DNA from: a virus
Lineage: Duplodnaviria; Caudoviricetes
Length of the DNA: 36,941 bases
Strand: one strand, 5' to 3'
Virus record (IMG/VR): IMGVR_UViG_3300025000_000046
Location: 1-36,941 of that record
The notes beneath the pieces were generated by a model. It did not search any database. It saw only the letters and a program-made list of their open reading frames with translations, and was not told where the DNA came from. Of the stretch, positions 1 through 8,225 are shown piece by piece; within the stretch, counting starts at the first letter, position 1; each line of letters starts with the position of its first letter. The position numbers and the translations under genes were made by a program.

Positions 1-127
1 AAATAAAACCCTGCTGGATAAGCACATACTTTTTTATTGAGTTGCGGTTAATATTTGTCCAAACTAACTCAGCATCACCGAATGGATTTCTGAATTTTAT
101 TTCGCCTTTTTTATCCCACACAATCCA
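1..127. repeat. Terminal direct repeat, identical to 36815-36941 (circular assembly overlap)
   Basis: The first 127 nt recur at the window end; the methylase ORF reads in frame across the join; 127 is a common assembler k-mer size. Confidence 0.92.
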
Positions 128-394
128 ATGTTTACCGATTGGCAATTTGTCTGCAAAAAAGTTTCCTCCAAAAATAAAAAGTTTTTTAGCAACGCGCAAC
201 ATTTCTGTAAAATATTCTTGGCATGGGGCTTGGCTATCCCATCCAGCTTGATAATGTTTGTCCGTTGCGGATGCGCCAAAGCCGCCAACGCCTCCATCGG
301 CATTTATCCCATAGGGAGGATCGGTGATTATGCAATCAATACTTTTTGAGATCATTTTTTTCATTATTTCTAAGCAATCCGCATTGTAAATCAT
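1..394 (-). CDS. N4/N6 DNA methyltransferase, 5' part (continues across the junction to 36576)
   Basis: Translated by hand from ATG 394: MIYNADCLEIMKKMISKSIDCIITDPPYG (DPPY catalytic motif); in frame with the 36576-36935 ORF; about 210 aa in total. Confidence 0.9.
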   Translation of the reverse strand, partial: MIYNADCLEIMKKMISKSIDCIITDPPYGINADGGVGGFGASATDKHYQAGWDSQAPCQEYFTEMLRVAKKLFIFGGNFFADKLPIGKHWIVWDKKGEIKFRNPFGDAELVWTNINRNSIKKYVLIQQGFI

Positions 395-396
395 TT

Positions 397-1257
397 TTAG
401 CCTGCCATCTCCTTTACTGCCTGTTTGATGTCAATCTGTTTTAGCGCCGCGTAAAGGCCAATTACACTCAGCGGGCGCATGTTGCATTTGTGGCAGCCGA
501 ATAGCTGCTTATCGAGGTCAACCCAGGCTGACGGCTCTTTGTCATTGTGAAACGGGCAGAGAACGTGCAAATAGCCGCGGTCTGGTTTGTAACCGGGGAA
601 AAAGCTCTCAATCCTGTACCGGCTCTTTGCCCGCTCCATCGGCGTAAGAACGCCAGGAAGAAGCGCGGCCTGTTCTGCCTGCTCCCAAATGTCGCCGGTC
701 GGCAGTTCGAGATTTTGGACCGGGGCGACGGGTGCCAGATTATCGCGCTCGTAGGTGGCCTGTTCGAGCATTTCAGCGGGGACTACATCGGAAAGACTTT
801 CGATAATTGGGAAATAGAGCGGGCGCAAGGATTTATAAATATGCCCGCTTGGGTGAGTGGAGCCTGCTCCAACGATATAGCCCGAGGTTTTGAAATCGCA
901 GTCAGGCAGCTTCATATTTGGTAAAACTTCCAGCAGACAAAAAACAACATGTATTCCCCGGCTGGTTTTACTCATGTATGCATTATCAAGAGCTTTTGTA
1001 TTATCCAGCGTCCATAATTGCCATTCATAAAAAGCCGCCATCGTATCGAAGTCTAAAGTACAAATTCTTTGCCAGCCCATTACAATTCCATAATTCCGTA
1101 ATTCAGCGGGAAACCATTGGCGCAATTCTAGATCTGTTGGCAATCTATCTTGATAGATTTTCCATGATGGGACGGCTGGAGTTTTGGCGCGGTATTTAAT
1201 TGGGAAAACGGATATTCCCATATCAACAAATTGTTTTGCCTGCTGATAAACGCTCAT
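397..1257 (-). CDS. Bifunctional primase-polymerase (Prim-Pol) N-terminal domain with C-terminal CHC2-type zinc finger
   Basis: GISVFPI...KTPAV..WK.YQ, NYGIV, LDFD, TSRGIHV, GYIVGAGSTHPSG.Y motifs; C-terminal CPFH.D..PS...FGCHKC. Confidence 0.85.
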   Translation of the reverse strand: MSVYQQAKQFVDMGISVFPIKYRAKTPAVPSWKIYQDRLPTDLELRQWFPAELRNYGIVMGWQRICTLDFDTMAAFYEWQLWTLDNTKALDNAYMSKTSRGIHVVFCLLEVLPNMKLPDCDFKTSGYIVGAGSTHPSGHIYKSLRPLYFPIIESLSDVVPAEMLEQATYERDNLAPVAPVQNLELPTGDIWEQAEQAALLPGVLTPMERAKSRYRIESFFPGYKPDRGYLHVLCPFHNDKEPSAWVDLDKQLFGCHKCNMRPLSVIGLYAALKQIDIKQAVKEMAG

Positions 1258-1582
1258 AATATATTTATCCGCGCAAATTCTCCAAAGTATTTTATAGCCG
1301 CGTCATTATATGCTCTGGCAGCTTCCTCTGGAGTATAAAAATATCCTAAAATAATATGCCGGTTTTCTATTCTTATTTGAGCATACCATTTCTTTTTTCT
1401 ATCTCTCTTGTCAAACGAAACTCCCTTATACCCACTTGTATTTTTAGCGGTCATGTCTCTGTTGCGCATATTTTCCGACTTGCTGCAAACACGCAAGTTT
1501 TCTTTGCGATTATCTAATTTATCCATATTGATGTGATTGGCTTCTTTTTGATTGCCTGCAATTCTTGATCAGATAGGTACAT
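1254..1582 (-). pseudogene. Truncated or frameshifted HNH-AP2 homing endonuclease
   Basis: NHINMDKLDNRKENLR (HNH remnant) and NTSGYKGVS...WYAQI...LGYF.TPEEAARAYN.AA.KYFGEFA (AP2 domain); the RBS-preceded ATG at 1582 is in a different frame. Confidence 0.75.
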
Positions 1583-1605
1583 TTTTGCCTGTTCTCCTGT
1601 CTCTA

Positions 1606-1633
1606 ATTATACTCTAATTAGTTAGTTCTGCAA
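1606..1633 (-). promoter_or_regulatory. Sigma70-like promoter with AACTAACTA box
   Basis: TTGCAG-16-TATAAT on the minus strand; spacer contains AACTAACTAA; AGGAG and ATG downstream. Confidence 0.55.
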
Positions 1634-1748
1634 GAAGCAATTTCCACTCATCATAAAGACGGCAAAACTTCTCCGGCTCCTGCTTTTCGTCCGTGTTGTT
1701 GAGTTCCTCAAAAACCTGTGCAGCGGTGCGGATTTCGATTGTAGTCAT
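1614..1748 (-). CDS. Hypothetical protein (44 aa)
   Basis: Hand translation MTTIEIRTAAQVFEELNN...; tightly packed in the leftward operon. Confidence 0.5.
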   Translation of the reverse strand: MTTIEIRTAAQVFEELNNTDEKQEPEKFCRLYDEWKLLLAELTN

Positions 1749-1753
1749 TTCGT

Positions 1754-1930
1754 CTAGCTTTCTTCTAGTTGTTTCAAAAGAGCCGGTAGGTCTAAGTCTG
1801 GTGACCGTCGGCGCAACTCCGCCCGCGTCGCTTCATCGGCGCGCTGGTATTCCAAGACTAAAATCCTGATGACACCTTTTATCGGCGTTAGGTAATTGTG
1901 TTGCGATGTCCAGGGTGCGTTTCTTGCCAT
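1754..1930 (-). CDS. Hypothetical protein (58 aa)
   Basis: Hand translation MARNAPWTSQHNYLTPIKG...; purine-rich leader; operon packing. Confidence 0.5.
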   Translation of the reverse strand: MARNAPWTSQHNYLTPIKGVIRILVLEYQRADEATRAELRRRSPDLDLPALLKQLEES

Positions 1931-1963
1931 GTTCTCTCGCTTTCTCCCGGCTTTTTTGCCGGG

Positions 1964-2155
1964 TGTAACAGATGTCCCAGATGTAACGTGTTACTGTATA
2001 AAGCTGTATAAATGTGTTTAACTTTGTTAGATATTATCTGTTACATCTGTTACAGTTATCTATATAATAGTGCCTGATTTTACTATTGTGTTACACGAAA
2101 TTCGCTGTAACAGATCGTGAAAAAGAGCCGGGATTAGCTGTGATTATCTGTTACA
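1964..2155. other. Putative replication origin A (TGTAACAGAT iterons)
   Basis: TGTAACAGAT/ATCTGTTACA at 1964, 2036, 2045, 2106, 2146 around an AT-rich core, between the helicase and primase genes. Confidence 0.65.
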
Positions 2156-3143
2156 TAAAGCTCTCGGCTATCCGTTGTGCCATCAGTGACGGCCAGCCGT
2201 TGCCGATGATCTTGCAGGCCAGCGCGGTATTATCTGGCAACTGATACCAGTCTGGGATTGACTGAAAGCGGGCAAGGCCACGCGGGGAGATTTTGACAAC
2301 ACGACCGGCGGAGAGCCAGGCGCGATGTGCGCCTTTCTGCGTTGACGTTACTGTAAAAATGGGTTGCGTATTATCGGAAACTGTCACCGTTCGGCTCGCG
2401 TTCATTCCGTCGACAATAAACGCTCTCATACTTGCCTGATTACTATTCGCCGTAATAGTTCCTGCTGGTTTTGTTTCGTCGTAAACGGTCAGAGTGTCAT
2501 CATATCCGCCCTGCGCAAATAGCAAAGTTTTATACTCATCCGGCAGTCTTGCCAGTTGCCAGTCCGCAAACTGTGACGGCTCAAGCGTGTCAATAATATC
2601 TTCAACTGCCGCATACCAGCCGACCCACTCAATCGGGGCGGGCAAGGGCGGCACAAAACCGCCACGAACGGCGCGAACAATCAATCGGCGGCGCGTCTGC
2701 GGTACTCCAAAATCTGCACTATTTAGGATGCTTGCATTATGCCAGTATCCGTTATCATCAAGCGTCTGGATAATGCCCTTGTAGCTTTCAAAGTGCCGGT
2801 ACGCGCTCACATTTTCAATTGTGACCGTATCGGGCTTGTGATGGGTTATGTACTCTGATACTTTGCGGGCTGTGTCTATGTCAATCTGCGCCTCGCTCCG
2901 GTTCTGATTTGCGACACTTGCGCGGGCGCAAACCGGTGATGCGTGAAAGTGATTTACCCAGGGATAGGAGCGGACATCTTCATCTCGAATATCAGCCACG
3001 CGGATATGGTCGCCCAGGTTCAGGCGGTACACGTTCGCTATCTTTGCGTCATACTCGTTTGCAAAAGTCAGTTCATAACCAGCGGCACGAAAACCAATAT
3101 CAGCCACGCCGCCGCCTGAAAAGAAACTACCGCAAGTTTTCAT
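2151..3143 (-). CDS. C5 cytosine DNA methyltransferase
   Basis: FFSGGG (motif I), HASPVC (IV), IENV (VI), GVPQTRRR (VIII), IGNG (X); likely start MKTCGSFF at 3143. Confidence 0.93.
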   Translation of the reverse strand: MKTCGSFFSGGGVADIGFRAAGYELTFANEYDAKIANVYRLNLGDHIRVADIRDEDVRSYPWVNHFHASPVCARASVANQNRSEAQIDIDTARKVSEYITHHKPDTVTIENVSAYRHFESYKGIIQTLDDNGYWHNASILNSADFGVPQTRRRLIVRAVRGGFVPPLPAPIEWVGWYAAVEDIIDTLEPSQFADWQLARLPDEYKTLLFAQGGYDDTLTVYDETKPAGTITANSNQASMRAFIVDGMNASRTVTVSDNTQPIFTVTSTQKGAHRAWLSAGRVVKISPRGLARFQSIPDWYQLPDNTALACKIIGNGWPSLMAQRIAESFM

Positions 3144-3273
3144 TTTTGCATTTCTTGAGATATTCATCAACGGTGCAGGTCAGGCCCAAAGCCTTGATGC
3201 GCAATTCCGCAATTCTGCGGATGGTCTGGGTGGTTCTGTCAATCTGTGTTTGGGTTGGTTTCTGGTCTGTCAT
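3127..3273 (-). CDS. Hypothetical protein (48 aa)
   Basis: AGGAG RBS, ATG 3273, directly downstream of a promoter, overlaps the methylase start. Confidence 0.55.
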   Translation of the reverse strand: MTDQKPTQTQIDRTTQTIRRIAELRIKALGLTCTVDEYLKKCKNENLR

Positions 3274-3297
3274 GTCTGCGTTCTCCTGAATAACAAT

Positions 3298-3326
3298 ATT
3301 CTATCTTATATTAGTTAGTTAGTCAA
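3298..3326 (-). promoter_or_regulatory. Sigma70-like promoter with AACTAACTA box
   Basis: TTGACT-17-TAGAAT on the minus strand; spacer AACTAACTAATATAAGA. Confidence 0.7.
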
Positions 3327-3329
3327 GGC

Positions 3330-4820
3330 TTATGGTATACCAGTTTTGGTGCTTATCCCATAATACCCGCGCACGTTTACGCCGCCTACTCGGCGCTGGA
3401 TAGGTTTCTCCAAACCCAGCCGGGTGAGGGCTGACGCCATCTTCCGCGCGTCGATTTCAATACCCGCTTTCAGCCCGCCGGCGTCTTTGATGTGCTGGAT
3501 AATATCGATGCTGGCCATCCAATAAAACACATTGCCGGGGTCGATTATAAAATGTCTGACAATCGTCTCTTCGACTAAATCCATCACCTGATAAGCCTGG
3601 TTGATTTCATCGGCGCGGGCGGCTTCGGCGTCTGATAAATCCCACGGCTCCCCGTTGAGATACAGTTGGTACGCCTGCGCCCAAACCTGGTCGACATCAA
3701 TTGAGCGTGTGTATCCGCGCCAGTCGACATCGGTTAGGTGAGCGGTCATAAATCTGCTGCTGCCGGTAGGGTCATTGAAAAAGCCCATCTCGTTATTAGC
3801 CGTGGCGATGAAGCTGGTCATGGCGTTCCCGGCTGTCTGGTACTTTCGATATGCCCCCCGCTCGTTGACGTTCTCCTGGGTAAGGAACGCTTTCAAGGCT
3901 TCCCGGTCGGCGCGGCGGGCGACGGTTCCCCACTCGCTGACCTCCCATATCCATTTTGAGAGTAATAAAATCCGGTGGTCTTTGTTGTCAGGGGCGATCG
4001 GCCCTTCCTGAAAATACTCGATTAGCGGGGAGGCAAGCCAAGAAACGAATTTGCTTTTACCGATGCGCTGCACCCCGTCCAAAATCAGCACGCGATTACG
4101 CACGGGGCGATAAGCGCGGGCGACGGCCCCAATTAGCCAGCGGCGGAGAAACTCGCCGAAGATGGATTTTTCGTCTTTGAAATAACCTGCTAAATCGTCA
4201 ATCGGCTCACCCCCGGCAAATTTCAACCGCTCCAGATAGTTTTGTATCGGGTGATAGCGCGTCCGGTAAGCGGCGGCGGTGTACGCATCTTCGACCGCTT
4301 TTGTGTCCTTCACCCCGGCGCTTCTGATTTTGGCGCGGATTTCAGCGGCAATGTAATCATTGATCGGGTGGCCGTTCACCTCGACCATGTCCGTGCAGCG
4401 ATTGAGGCGAAACCGATAACCGAAGTGGTCTAAAAGGCTCATGTAAAACTCAGGCGATTTGTTCGCATTCTGGCCGGTTTGCATGGATGCCCACCACGCC
4501 TGTTTGTTTCTGACTTTCGTTTCGATAACCTGGGTGAGGACGGCGGCGAGATTAGCCGGGAGGCGGGAGATTACTTCGGCGAAAATCTCCCCCTTTCTTG
4601 CAGGCTCTTTTGCGCATTTGTCCCAGATTTCGGCCCACGGTTCACCCTGCGGCGGGCGCTGGTCGGGGATTTCTTCGAGCGCCAAAAACATCACAACGGC
4701 GGCCATCCCTGCCAGAAAATCGGGCTGCGTGCCGAATGCCTGCTCTAAAATATCAGCTTGGGTTTGAGATAGGCCATCGGCGATCAGTTCGGCGCTCAGG
4801 GGTTTTGATTGTGTCATCAT
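3330..4820 (-). CDS. VapE/VirE-family P-loop helicase (primase partner)
   Basis: YHPIQNYL, FLRRWLIGAVAR, Walker A GVQRIGKS, WIWEVSE, FIATAN...DPTGSSRF, QVWAQAY; ATG 4820 overlaps the upstream stop. Confidence 0.88.
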   Translation of the reverse strand: MMTQSKPLSAELIADGLSQTQADILEQAFGTQPDFLAGMAAVVMFLALEEIPDQRPPQGEPWAEIWDKCAKEPARKGEIFAEVISRLPANLAAVLTQVIETKVRNKQAWWASMQTGQNANKSPEFYMSLLDHFGYRFRLNRCTDMVEVNGHPINDYIAAEIRAKIRSAGVKDTKAVEDAYTAAAYRTRYHPIQNYLERLKFAGGEPIDDLAGYFKDEKSIFGEFLRRWLIGAVARAYRPVRNRVLILDGVQRIGKSKFVSWLASPLIEYFQEGPIAPDNKDHRILLLSKWIWEVSEWGTVARRADREALKAFLTQENVNERGAYRKYQTAGNAMTSFIATANNEMGFFNDPTGSSRFMTAHLTDVDWRGYTRSIDVDQVWAQAYQLYLNGEPWDLSDAEAARADEINQAYQVMDLVEETIVRHFIIDPGNVFYWMASIDIIQHIKDAGGLKAGIEIDARKMASALTRLGLEKPIQRRVGGVNVRGYYGISTKTGIP

Positions 4821-4996
4821 TGGGGGTTGTCCATGGTGAATTGTACGCGGCGGGCAAAAGTAAATAATCCTACTCGCAACCAAAGAAAAGCATCATCATC
4901 ATAAATTCCTTTTCGCCATAAGCGATATGAAATTTTTATTTCGTTTGCCAGAATTGCCCGCAGTTCCGGGTTCGTGATTTCAGGATGCGTACCCAT
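4817..4996 (-). CDS. Hypothetical protein (59 aa)
   Basis: Hand translation MGTHPEITNPELRAILANEIK...; ATGA coupling to the helicase gene. Confidence 0.5.
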   Translation of the reverse strand: MGTHPEITNPELRAILANEIKISYRLWRKGIYDDDAFLWLRVGLFTFARRVQFTMDNPQ

Positions 4997-5180
4997 TGCT
5001 CAATAACCTTTCTGCGAGTTTCAAGGCTCGCCACTTGTCCGGCTCGTTGTATCCCAATTGCTTGAGTATTGCAACGAGAATGTAATGCTCACCACTTGCG
5101 CCGAAACTGTCACCTGGCGCGGGCGTTCGTTCATATTGCGTTTGCAATTGATAATACTGGTCGGCTGTTAGTTTTTGCAT
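4980..5180 (-). CDS. Hypothetical protein
   Basis: 66-aa ORF in the leftward operon, with AAGGG leader. Confidence 0.6.
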   Translation of the reverse strand: MQKLTADQYYQLQTQYERTPAPGDSFGASGEHYILVAILKQLGYNEPDKWRALKLAERLLSNGYAS

Positions 5181-5351
5181 ATAAAAATCCCTTGCGTGCT
5201 GGGAATAAAAAACTCCGCTCTCACCTGTGTTCGTGTTCGTGGAAGAGCCTGCGGGGCGTCAAACACAAACACATGTGAGAAAGGAGTTTCGTCGCATTTT
5301 CTAACCCGCTTCCAACGGGACGACTTTTTTTGTCGTAGACTTATTTTACCA

Positions 5352-5391
5352 AAGAGCGCCGGGAAAAGCAAGCACCAATCCCGGCGCTCTT
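5352..5391. terminator. Terminator-like hairpin built from the AAGAGCGCCGGGA motif variant
   Basis: 13-bp perfect inverted repeat 5352-5364/5379-5391 just after the stop of the 5397-5624 gene. Confidence 0.6.
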
Positions 5392-5396
5392 GCGTG

Positions 5397-5624
5397 TTAC
5401 TCGTTCCGCGCCTGTTCGCAAACCTGGTGCAGGATGCGCCCAGCGGCATACAAATCGAGCCGGGGATTTTCGGCGCGCAGTTCCTCGCTGGCTTTGATCC
5501 AGGCTTTCTCGTATCGCTGGCTTTGTTCCAGGGTCGGCTCGTTTTTGCCGATTTCGCGGATGACAGCCTGTAGTGCCTTTTCGCTTTCGGTCAGGTTGGT
5601 AATTCGCTGGCTAAAGGTTTCCAT
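5397..5624 (-). CDS. Hypothetical protein
   Basis: 75-aa ORF, AAGGA RBS. Confidence 0.65.
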   Translation of the reverse strand: METFSQRITNLTESEKALQAVIREIGKNEPTLEQSQRYEKAWIKASEELRAENPRLDLYAAGRILHQVCEQARNE

Positions 5625-5768
5625 TGGTTTTTCCTTTCATTTTTTCCAGACATTCCGGGCAGTTGACCTTTGTAGGCGCGTCGGTAATCCATTCCCACTG
5701 TTTGCCGCAGACGGATTTTAGTTCGTCGGCTTTGGCGCTTTGCGTGTAATGGACATAGTGATCGGCGG

Positions 5769-6005
5769 TCATCTCAAAATCTCCTCGTCGGTTTTTACAA
5801 CCATCGCCAGCACTACAGCGCGGGCGATTGCACGAGTGGTGATAAAGTTTTTGCGCCCGTTGCGTTGGGAGTGGACTTCGGCGTTGCGCAGCATTCGCGC
5901 CGTAAGCAGTTCGATTTTCGCTTGCGCGTCGTCTGTCATTTCGCTGGCTAAAATTTCCAGCGTGTCCGGGTTGCCGGTAGGTTCGTAGGCTGATTGTCGT
6001 TGCAT
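5769..6005 (-). CDS. Hypothetical protein
   Basis: 78-aa ORF directly following the vWA gene. Confidence 0.6.
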   Translation of the reverse strand: MQRQSAYEPTGNPDTLEILASEMTDDAQAKIELLTARMLRNAEVHSQRNGRKNFITTRAIARAVVLAMVVKTDEEILR

Positions 6006-6015
6006 GGTTTTCTCT

Positions 6016-6576
6016 CTATCCGGCCAAAAGGCCCTTTACACTGGTTGCCAGTTGCTTGGCGCTAAAATCCTTGATAGCCTGCCCGCCCGAAGCCTGGGCG
6101 AGTTGCTGTAAAAACTTCTGCCCGTAGCCGCCTTCGCGCCCGATAAAGATCGTATCGAGTTTGTTTACAAACTTGCGGGCTTCTTTGAGCGCCGTCTCTT
6201 CATCGTCTGGCTGCCCGTCTGAGATGATGATAAATTTCATATCGGGGACATCGGCCACGCGGATGAATGAAAGTGCGTTTGCCAGGCGGGTCGAGCCGCC
6301 GTAATTGAAGGGCGTCCCACCGGGGCAAAACATCACGTCATCCGAAAAACTGATGACGGCGACTTTGCCAGGCAAAGAAGCCTGTACGCCTGCCAGCTCG
6401 AGGCAAGCCCGCTCGTACCGGCTCTTTTGCAATCCGTCACTATCGGCCATCGACCCGGAGGTGTCAACCAAAACAATCGCATCCGCGCCGATGAACGTCT
6501 CGGCCAGACTGTGGCCCGTCTGGGCTGATGTTGCTGCCAGCGAGCCGGGGACATAGGTTTTTTGGATGCTATCCAT
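6016..6576 (-). CDS. von Willebrand factor A (vWA) domain protein
   Basis: MIDAS motif VLVDTSGSM, GGSTRLANAL, IIISDGQPD, FLQQLAQASGG. Confidence 0.85.
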   Translation of the reverse strand: MDSIQKTYVPGSLAATSAQTGHSLAETFIGADAIVLVDTSGSMADSDGLQKSRYERACLELAGVQASLPGKVAVISFSDDVMFCPGGTPFNYGGSTRLANALSFIRVADVPDMKFIIISDGQPDDEETALKEARKFVNKLDTIFIGREGGYGQKFLQQLAQASGGQAIKDFSAKQLATSVKGLLAG

Positions 6577-7072
6577 TGCGGCTCGCCTTGATGATTTTAG
6601 CGGCAAGTTTAACTTGCGCTTCGTAATTACTTTTTGCGCCGTATTTCTCGCGGATGGCTGTTACGGCTTCTTTTTCGTTGCCCCAGAAACAACCCAGCTG
6701 GAACATGACACAATTGCCATGATCCACGGCGTACCCCATACGGCCAGTTTCACCGATTGGCCCGAATGAAAAAACGCCAGTAGCCCCGCGTAGGTCGGCC
6801 CCGGTCAGGTCGGCCCCGCATAGGTCGGCCCCGCGTAGGTCGGCCCCGGGCAGGTAGGCCCCGGTCAGGTCGGCCCCGGTCAGGTCGGCCCCGGGCAGGT
6901 AGGCCCCGCGTAGGTAGGCCCCGGTCAGGTCGGCCCGGGTCAGGTCGGCCCCGCATAGGTCGGCCCCGGTCAGGTCGGCCTTTTCTTTTACGGCGGCAAT
7001 AACAGTGTCGCGGACGTTGTCATCCGCGTTTTCAAATAATACTTCCTGTGTCCATCTGTTTTTAATTTGCAT
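6569..7072 (-). CDS. Pentapeptide repeat protein
   Basis: About 13 A(D/Y)L(T/R/C/P)G repeats; AAGGAG RBS before ATG 7072. Confidence 0.92.
   Translation of the reverse strand: MQIKNRWTQEVLFENADDNVRDTVIAAVKEKADLTGADLCGADLTRADLTGAYLRGAYLPGADLTGADLTGAYLPGADLRGADLCGADLTGADLRGATGVFSFGPIGETGRMGYAVDHGNCVMFQLGCFWGNEKEAVTAIREKYGAKSNYEAQVKLAAKIIKASRNG
6785..6980. repeat. 15-bp tandem repeats encoding the pentapeptides
   Basis: Degenerate GGTCGGCCCCGGTCA units. Confidence 0.9.
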
Positions 7073-7094
7073 TAGATTGTTCTCCTTGCCTACT

Positions 7095-7174
7095 ATTATA
7101 TAACTAACTAGTATCGTGTCAAGTAGCAATTTCTAAAATTGCCTATTGACAGCTAACTAACTAGATGATATTAT
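7095..7174. promoter_or_regulatory. Divergent early promoters, each with a TAACTAACTAG box in the spacer
   Basis: Minus strand TTGACA-16-TATAAT (7122-7095); plus strand TTGACA-17-TATTAT (7146-7174); located where gene orientation switches. Confidence 0.8.
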
Positions 7175-7213
7175 TACTACATCAGGCAGACACATTCAAA
7201 CAAGGAGAAAACT

Positions 7214-7705
7214 ATGTATACAAGATTTATGGATATGCTCTCCGGCGGGAGCCAAAAAGAAAAGTTTTCACACTGCTACATCGAAGCATCAGAAGGTGTG
7301 GCAAAGATTGTTTTTCACAATCGCTTCGGACATGACCCAGAAAACGTAACTTGCTCTTGTTGCGGGGATGATTACTCTATCAGCGAATACGAAACGCTGG
7401 AAGATGCAACTGCATATGAAAGAAATTGTGAGTTTTCATACTTCTTTGACGATACCGGAGAACATGCCGGAGGGGAAGAGAGAGTAAAGTATGATGGAAC
7501 TAAAAAGGCTTGGTGTATTTCTGGCAGGCCTGTTTCTGGTAGATATATCGAAAATCAAGACCCCGAAATAATTCGCATCCGTCAGTCGTGCAATACTGAT
7601 CCCAATGATCCGCGGGGAAAATATATTCCACTTAGCGAGTATGTTTCCCGTGACGATGTTGTTGTTATTCGTGCTGGCGAAATCGCAAATTCGGACAAGC
7701 GATAA
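7214..7705 (+). CDS. Hypothetical phage protein (CSCCG motif)
   Basis: 163 aa, AAGGAG RBS, first gene of the rightward arm. Confidence 0.8.
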   Translation: MYTRFMDMLSGGSQKEKFSHCYIEASEGVAKIVFHNRFGHDPENVTCSCCGDDYSISEYETLEDATAYERNCEFSYFFDDTGEHAGGEERVKYDGTKKAWCISGRPVSGRYIENQDPEIIRIRQSCNTDPNDPRGKYIPLSEYVSRDDVVVIRAGEIANSDKR

Positions 7706-7781
7706 CGCGCAGAAACACCCCAACCCCGGCCCGGTCGTAACTGACCGGGCAACAACCCCCAATCAAAAGGAGATAAAACAC

Positions 7782-7970
7782 ATGCAAGATCAAGCAACTA
7801 TCCCGTTTGACCCTCAGAAAGTTAGGCAGACAAAAACCTACTCGATCACTATGGCCGACGTGGCCCGCGTGAAAGAGATGGGCGAATTTTTGGGCGTCTC
7901 GGACGCTGAAACGCTCCACCGCGCAATCGCCAAACTTTACGGCGAATTGTTCCCGGCGTCGGTGGCCTGA
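7782..7970 (+). CDS. Probable ribbon-helix-helix (CopG/Arc-like) regulator
   Basis: AAGGAG RBS; TKTYSIT (strand) MADVARVKEMGEFL (helix) GVSDAETLHRAIAKLY (G-x-S turn plus helix). Confidence 0.6.
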   Translation: MQDQATIPFDPQKVRQTKTYSITMADVARVKEMGEFLGVSDAETLHRAIAKLYGELFPASVA

Positions 7971-8218
7971 TGGCTGCGCCCGTTGGAGTGCTAAACGGCA
8001 ATCACCGGCACAACCGGCTGACCACTGACGAGATGCTGGACGCCACGGAGCCGCGCCCATATGACAAGAAACTGGCTGTGATAAAAAACAGCCTGGGAGG
8101 TGCTTTTGACGAGTGGTATCAAAACATCGTAAACCTGCCCGCGCCCAAATGGCGCGCGGCAATCGACAATCAAATCAGCGCCCTGTGTGACGCTGACAAA
8201 AATCAGAACAGGAGATAA
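7970..8218 (+). CDS. Hypothetical protein
   Basis: 82 aa, start overlaps the upstream stop. Confidence 0.6.
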   Translation: MAAPVGVLNGNHRHNRLTTDEMLDATEPRPYDKKLAVIKNSLGGAFDEWYQNIVNLPAPKWRAAIDNQISALCDADKNQNRR

Positions 8219-8225
8219 GGCAACC

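Noticed and set aside
6785-6980. CRISPR array or DGR-like repeat
   Set aside because: Contiguous 15-bp units with no spacers, explained by pentapeptide coding; no cas or reverse transcriptase gene is present
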